DNA of 49,412 bases, filler included, from Catajapyx aquilonaris (taxonomy: Eukaryota): the NCBI GenBank assembly GCA_000934665.2. It is 3 parts of 3 records of this genome, joined end to end, with 100 filler letters (N's around TTAATTAATTAA, not from the genome) between each part and the next. Parts side by side here need not be neighbours in the genome. Positions count along the whole stretch, not along the records: positions 32,408 to 49,412 come from JYFJ02007295.1; 2 more parts are not named here. The stretch is one strand, 5' to 3'. The notes beneath the pieces were generated by a model. It saw only the letters and a list, made by a program, of their open reading frames with translations, did not search any database and was not told the origin of the DNA. The position numbers and the translations under genes were made by a program. Of the stretch, positions 47,853 to 49,412 are shown one piece after another. Each line of letters begins with the position of its first letter. Position 1 is the first letter of the stretch.

Positions 47853-48128
47853 GGAGTAGCGCAGTGGTCTAGTGGTTAAGACTCTCTCTTCGTAACCTGA
47901 AGATTGAAGGATCGAATCCTGAAAGGAAGACGTCGTTTCTTTTTATCGCTATATGGACCTTTCTCGCTGCAACTTCATCTCTCATTTCACATTTATTTCT
48001 CTTTGAAGTGCATCTGGTAAATAGGTTAGACCTTCCAACACACAAACTCGTTGCGACAGAGCGTGGGTCTGTGGTAGCGCCTAAGACTCTCAATCGGGAG
48101 ATGCGGGTTCAAATCCCGAATCTCCACG
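47853..48128 (+). other. Two degenerate tRNA-like / SINE-head sequences (about 47853-47925 and 48063-48128)
   Basis: TGGTCTAGTGGTTAAG...GGATCGAATCC and GGTAGCG...GGTTCAAATCCC box-like motifs; no convincing cloverleaf. Confidence 0.4.
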
Positions 48129-48397
48129 GTTGAGAGTCAGAAAAAAAAAATTTGCAGCCGACATCTCTGGCCAAGATGGCGACTGTTTCTTCGCAGTTTC
48201 CCAAACACTTCTTCAGAGGTGTGAGAGGAGCAGCGAAGAGGGGGGGGGTGAGGGGGAGGAAAGGGGGGGAGGGGAGAATATTAGTTTCGGAAATTTTTAA
48301 GACACCTGCTTAATGGGAGGGGGCGGTCACTTTTTTCGAAGAAAAAAGTCAAAGAAAAAAAAGTCAATTAAATGATCAAGTGGCTTCGCTTGTGTTG

Positions 48398-49412
48398 TCC
48401 ATCCCAGCAGCCCCCACCCTACACACCCCATAGTCCCTACATTTGTCTTATACCAGGGAGTTCCATTCTCAAACCTATCACCCCTCCAAATATTTAACCC
48501 TACAATTTAAAATATAGGTCCTATCAAATCACCAGCACATGCAAATGATTCGGCACAATTTTTAGGTCATTTCCAATGTATTGTTGCAGGCTGACCTTTG
48601 ACCTGAAAGGCCCTAATATTAGGTTTTTGGTCCGGGGCCAGGCCCTACCTCGGTCTCCATCTGTCGGGTCTTTCGTAATGAGACTGTACAGAGCACACAG
48701 TACATAGATATACAGTATATATATCTCTCGATGTGAACAAGTATGCTCCTAGCCTGCTAGCCTATCGTAGCAGTCCGCCTGTCCTTGTGGGTAGCGGGGC
48801 GGGGGTGGAAAGGGGGGAATGTGTAAGGTCAAAGAGACATGAAGGTCACCAAGCCTACTCGAAAATTTGCCTATGTAAAACCGCGTTGACGATATGCGCA
48901 TCTCCACCTACAGCAGAAGCGGGTCGGGATTTATTATTTTATTAATCCATAGAGCAATGGCACGAAACAGTTATGCCGAATGTCCGTCCTGATGACCTCA
49001 AGGAGGTGACGATGACCACTCGCCTACGTCACATTCATACTGATACCTGCCAACTACGTACGTTTGGATAGGGGCATTACTACCTCACACCGAGAGACAT
49101 ACTGTATATCTATGTACTGTGCTCTGTATACAGTCTCATTTCGAAAGACCCGACAGATGGAGACCGAGGCCCCGGACCAAAAAACTAATATTAGGGCCTT
49201 TCAGGTCAAAGGTCAGCCTGCAACAATACATTGGAAATGACCTAAAAATTGTGCCGAATCATTTGCATGTGCTGGTGATTTAATAGGACCTATAGTTTAA
49301 ATGGTAGGGTTAAATATTTGGAGGGGTGATAGGTTTGAGAATGGAACTCCCTGGTATAAGACAAATGTAGGGACTATGGGGTGCGTAGGGTGGGGGCTGC
49401 CGGGATGGAAAC
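48398..49412. mobile_element. Foldback/MITE-like element with inverted arms of about 320 bp
   Basis: About 48398-48719 is the near-identical reverse complement of about 49099-49412, around a non-coding spacer of about 380 bp. The right end reaches the window edge, so the TSD cannot be seen. Confidence 0.85.

Overview
Eukaryotic genomic DNA from an arthropod, most likely an insect (gustatory receptors, exuperantia-like gene, short spliceosomal introns). Three unrelated contigs (1-16108, 16209-32307, 32408-49412) are joined by artificial 100-nt spacers (N44-TTAATTAATTAA-N44), so adjacency across the spacers carries no information. Contig 1: a decayed pRiA4b-ORF3-like sequence (mainly prokaryotic family), a complete 9-exon SLC17 transporter, and a heparan sulfate 3-O-sulfotransferase missing its last exon. 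Contig 2: a disrupted minisatellite-like C2H2 zinc-finger array, a divergent exuperantia-like gene, an LRR-like gene, a tektin and two damaged gustatory receptor copies. Contig 3: an intact PRL-1/PTP4A phosphatase with candidate uORFs, and a heavily degraded intronless reverse-transcriptase relic whose motif order and spacing resemble telomerase (TERT). tRNA-derived SINEs, MITEs and microsatellites are scattered throughout. Leading observations: the putative TERT pseudogene, the PRL-1 overlapping uORF, the candidate horizontally acquired pRiA4b-like relic, three GC-AG introns among about 20, and the PRDM9-style finger array. All homology calls come from motif recognition by eye, not database searches.
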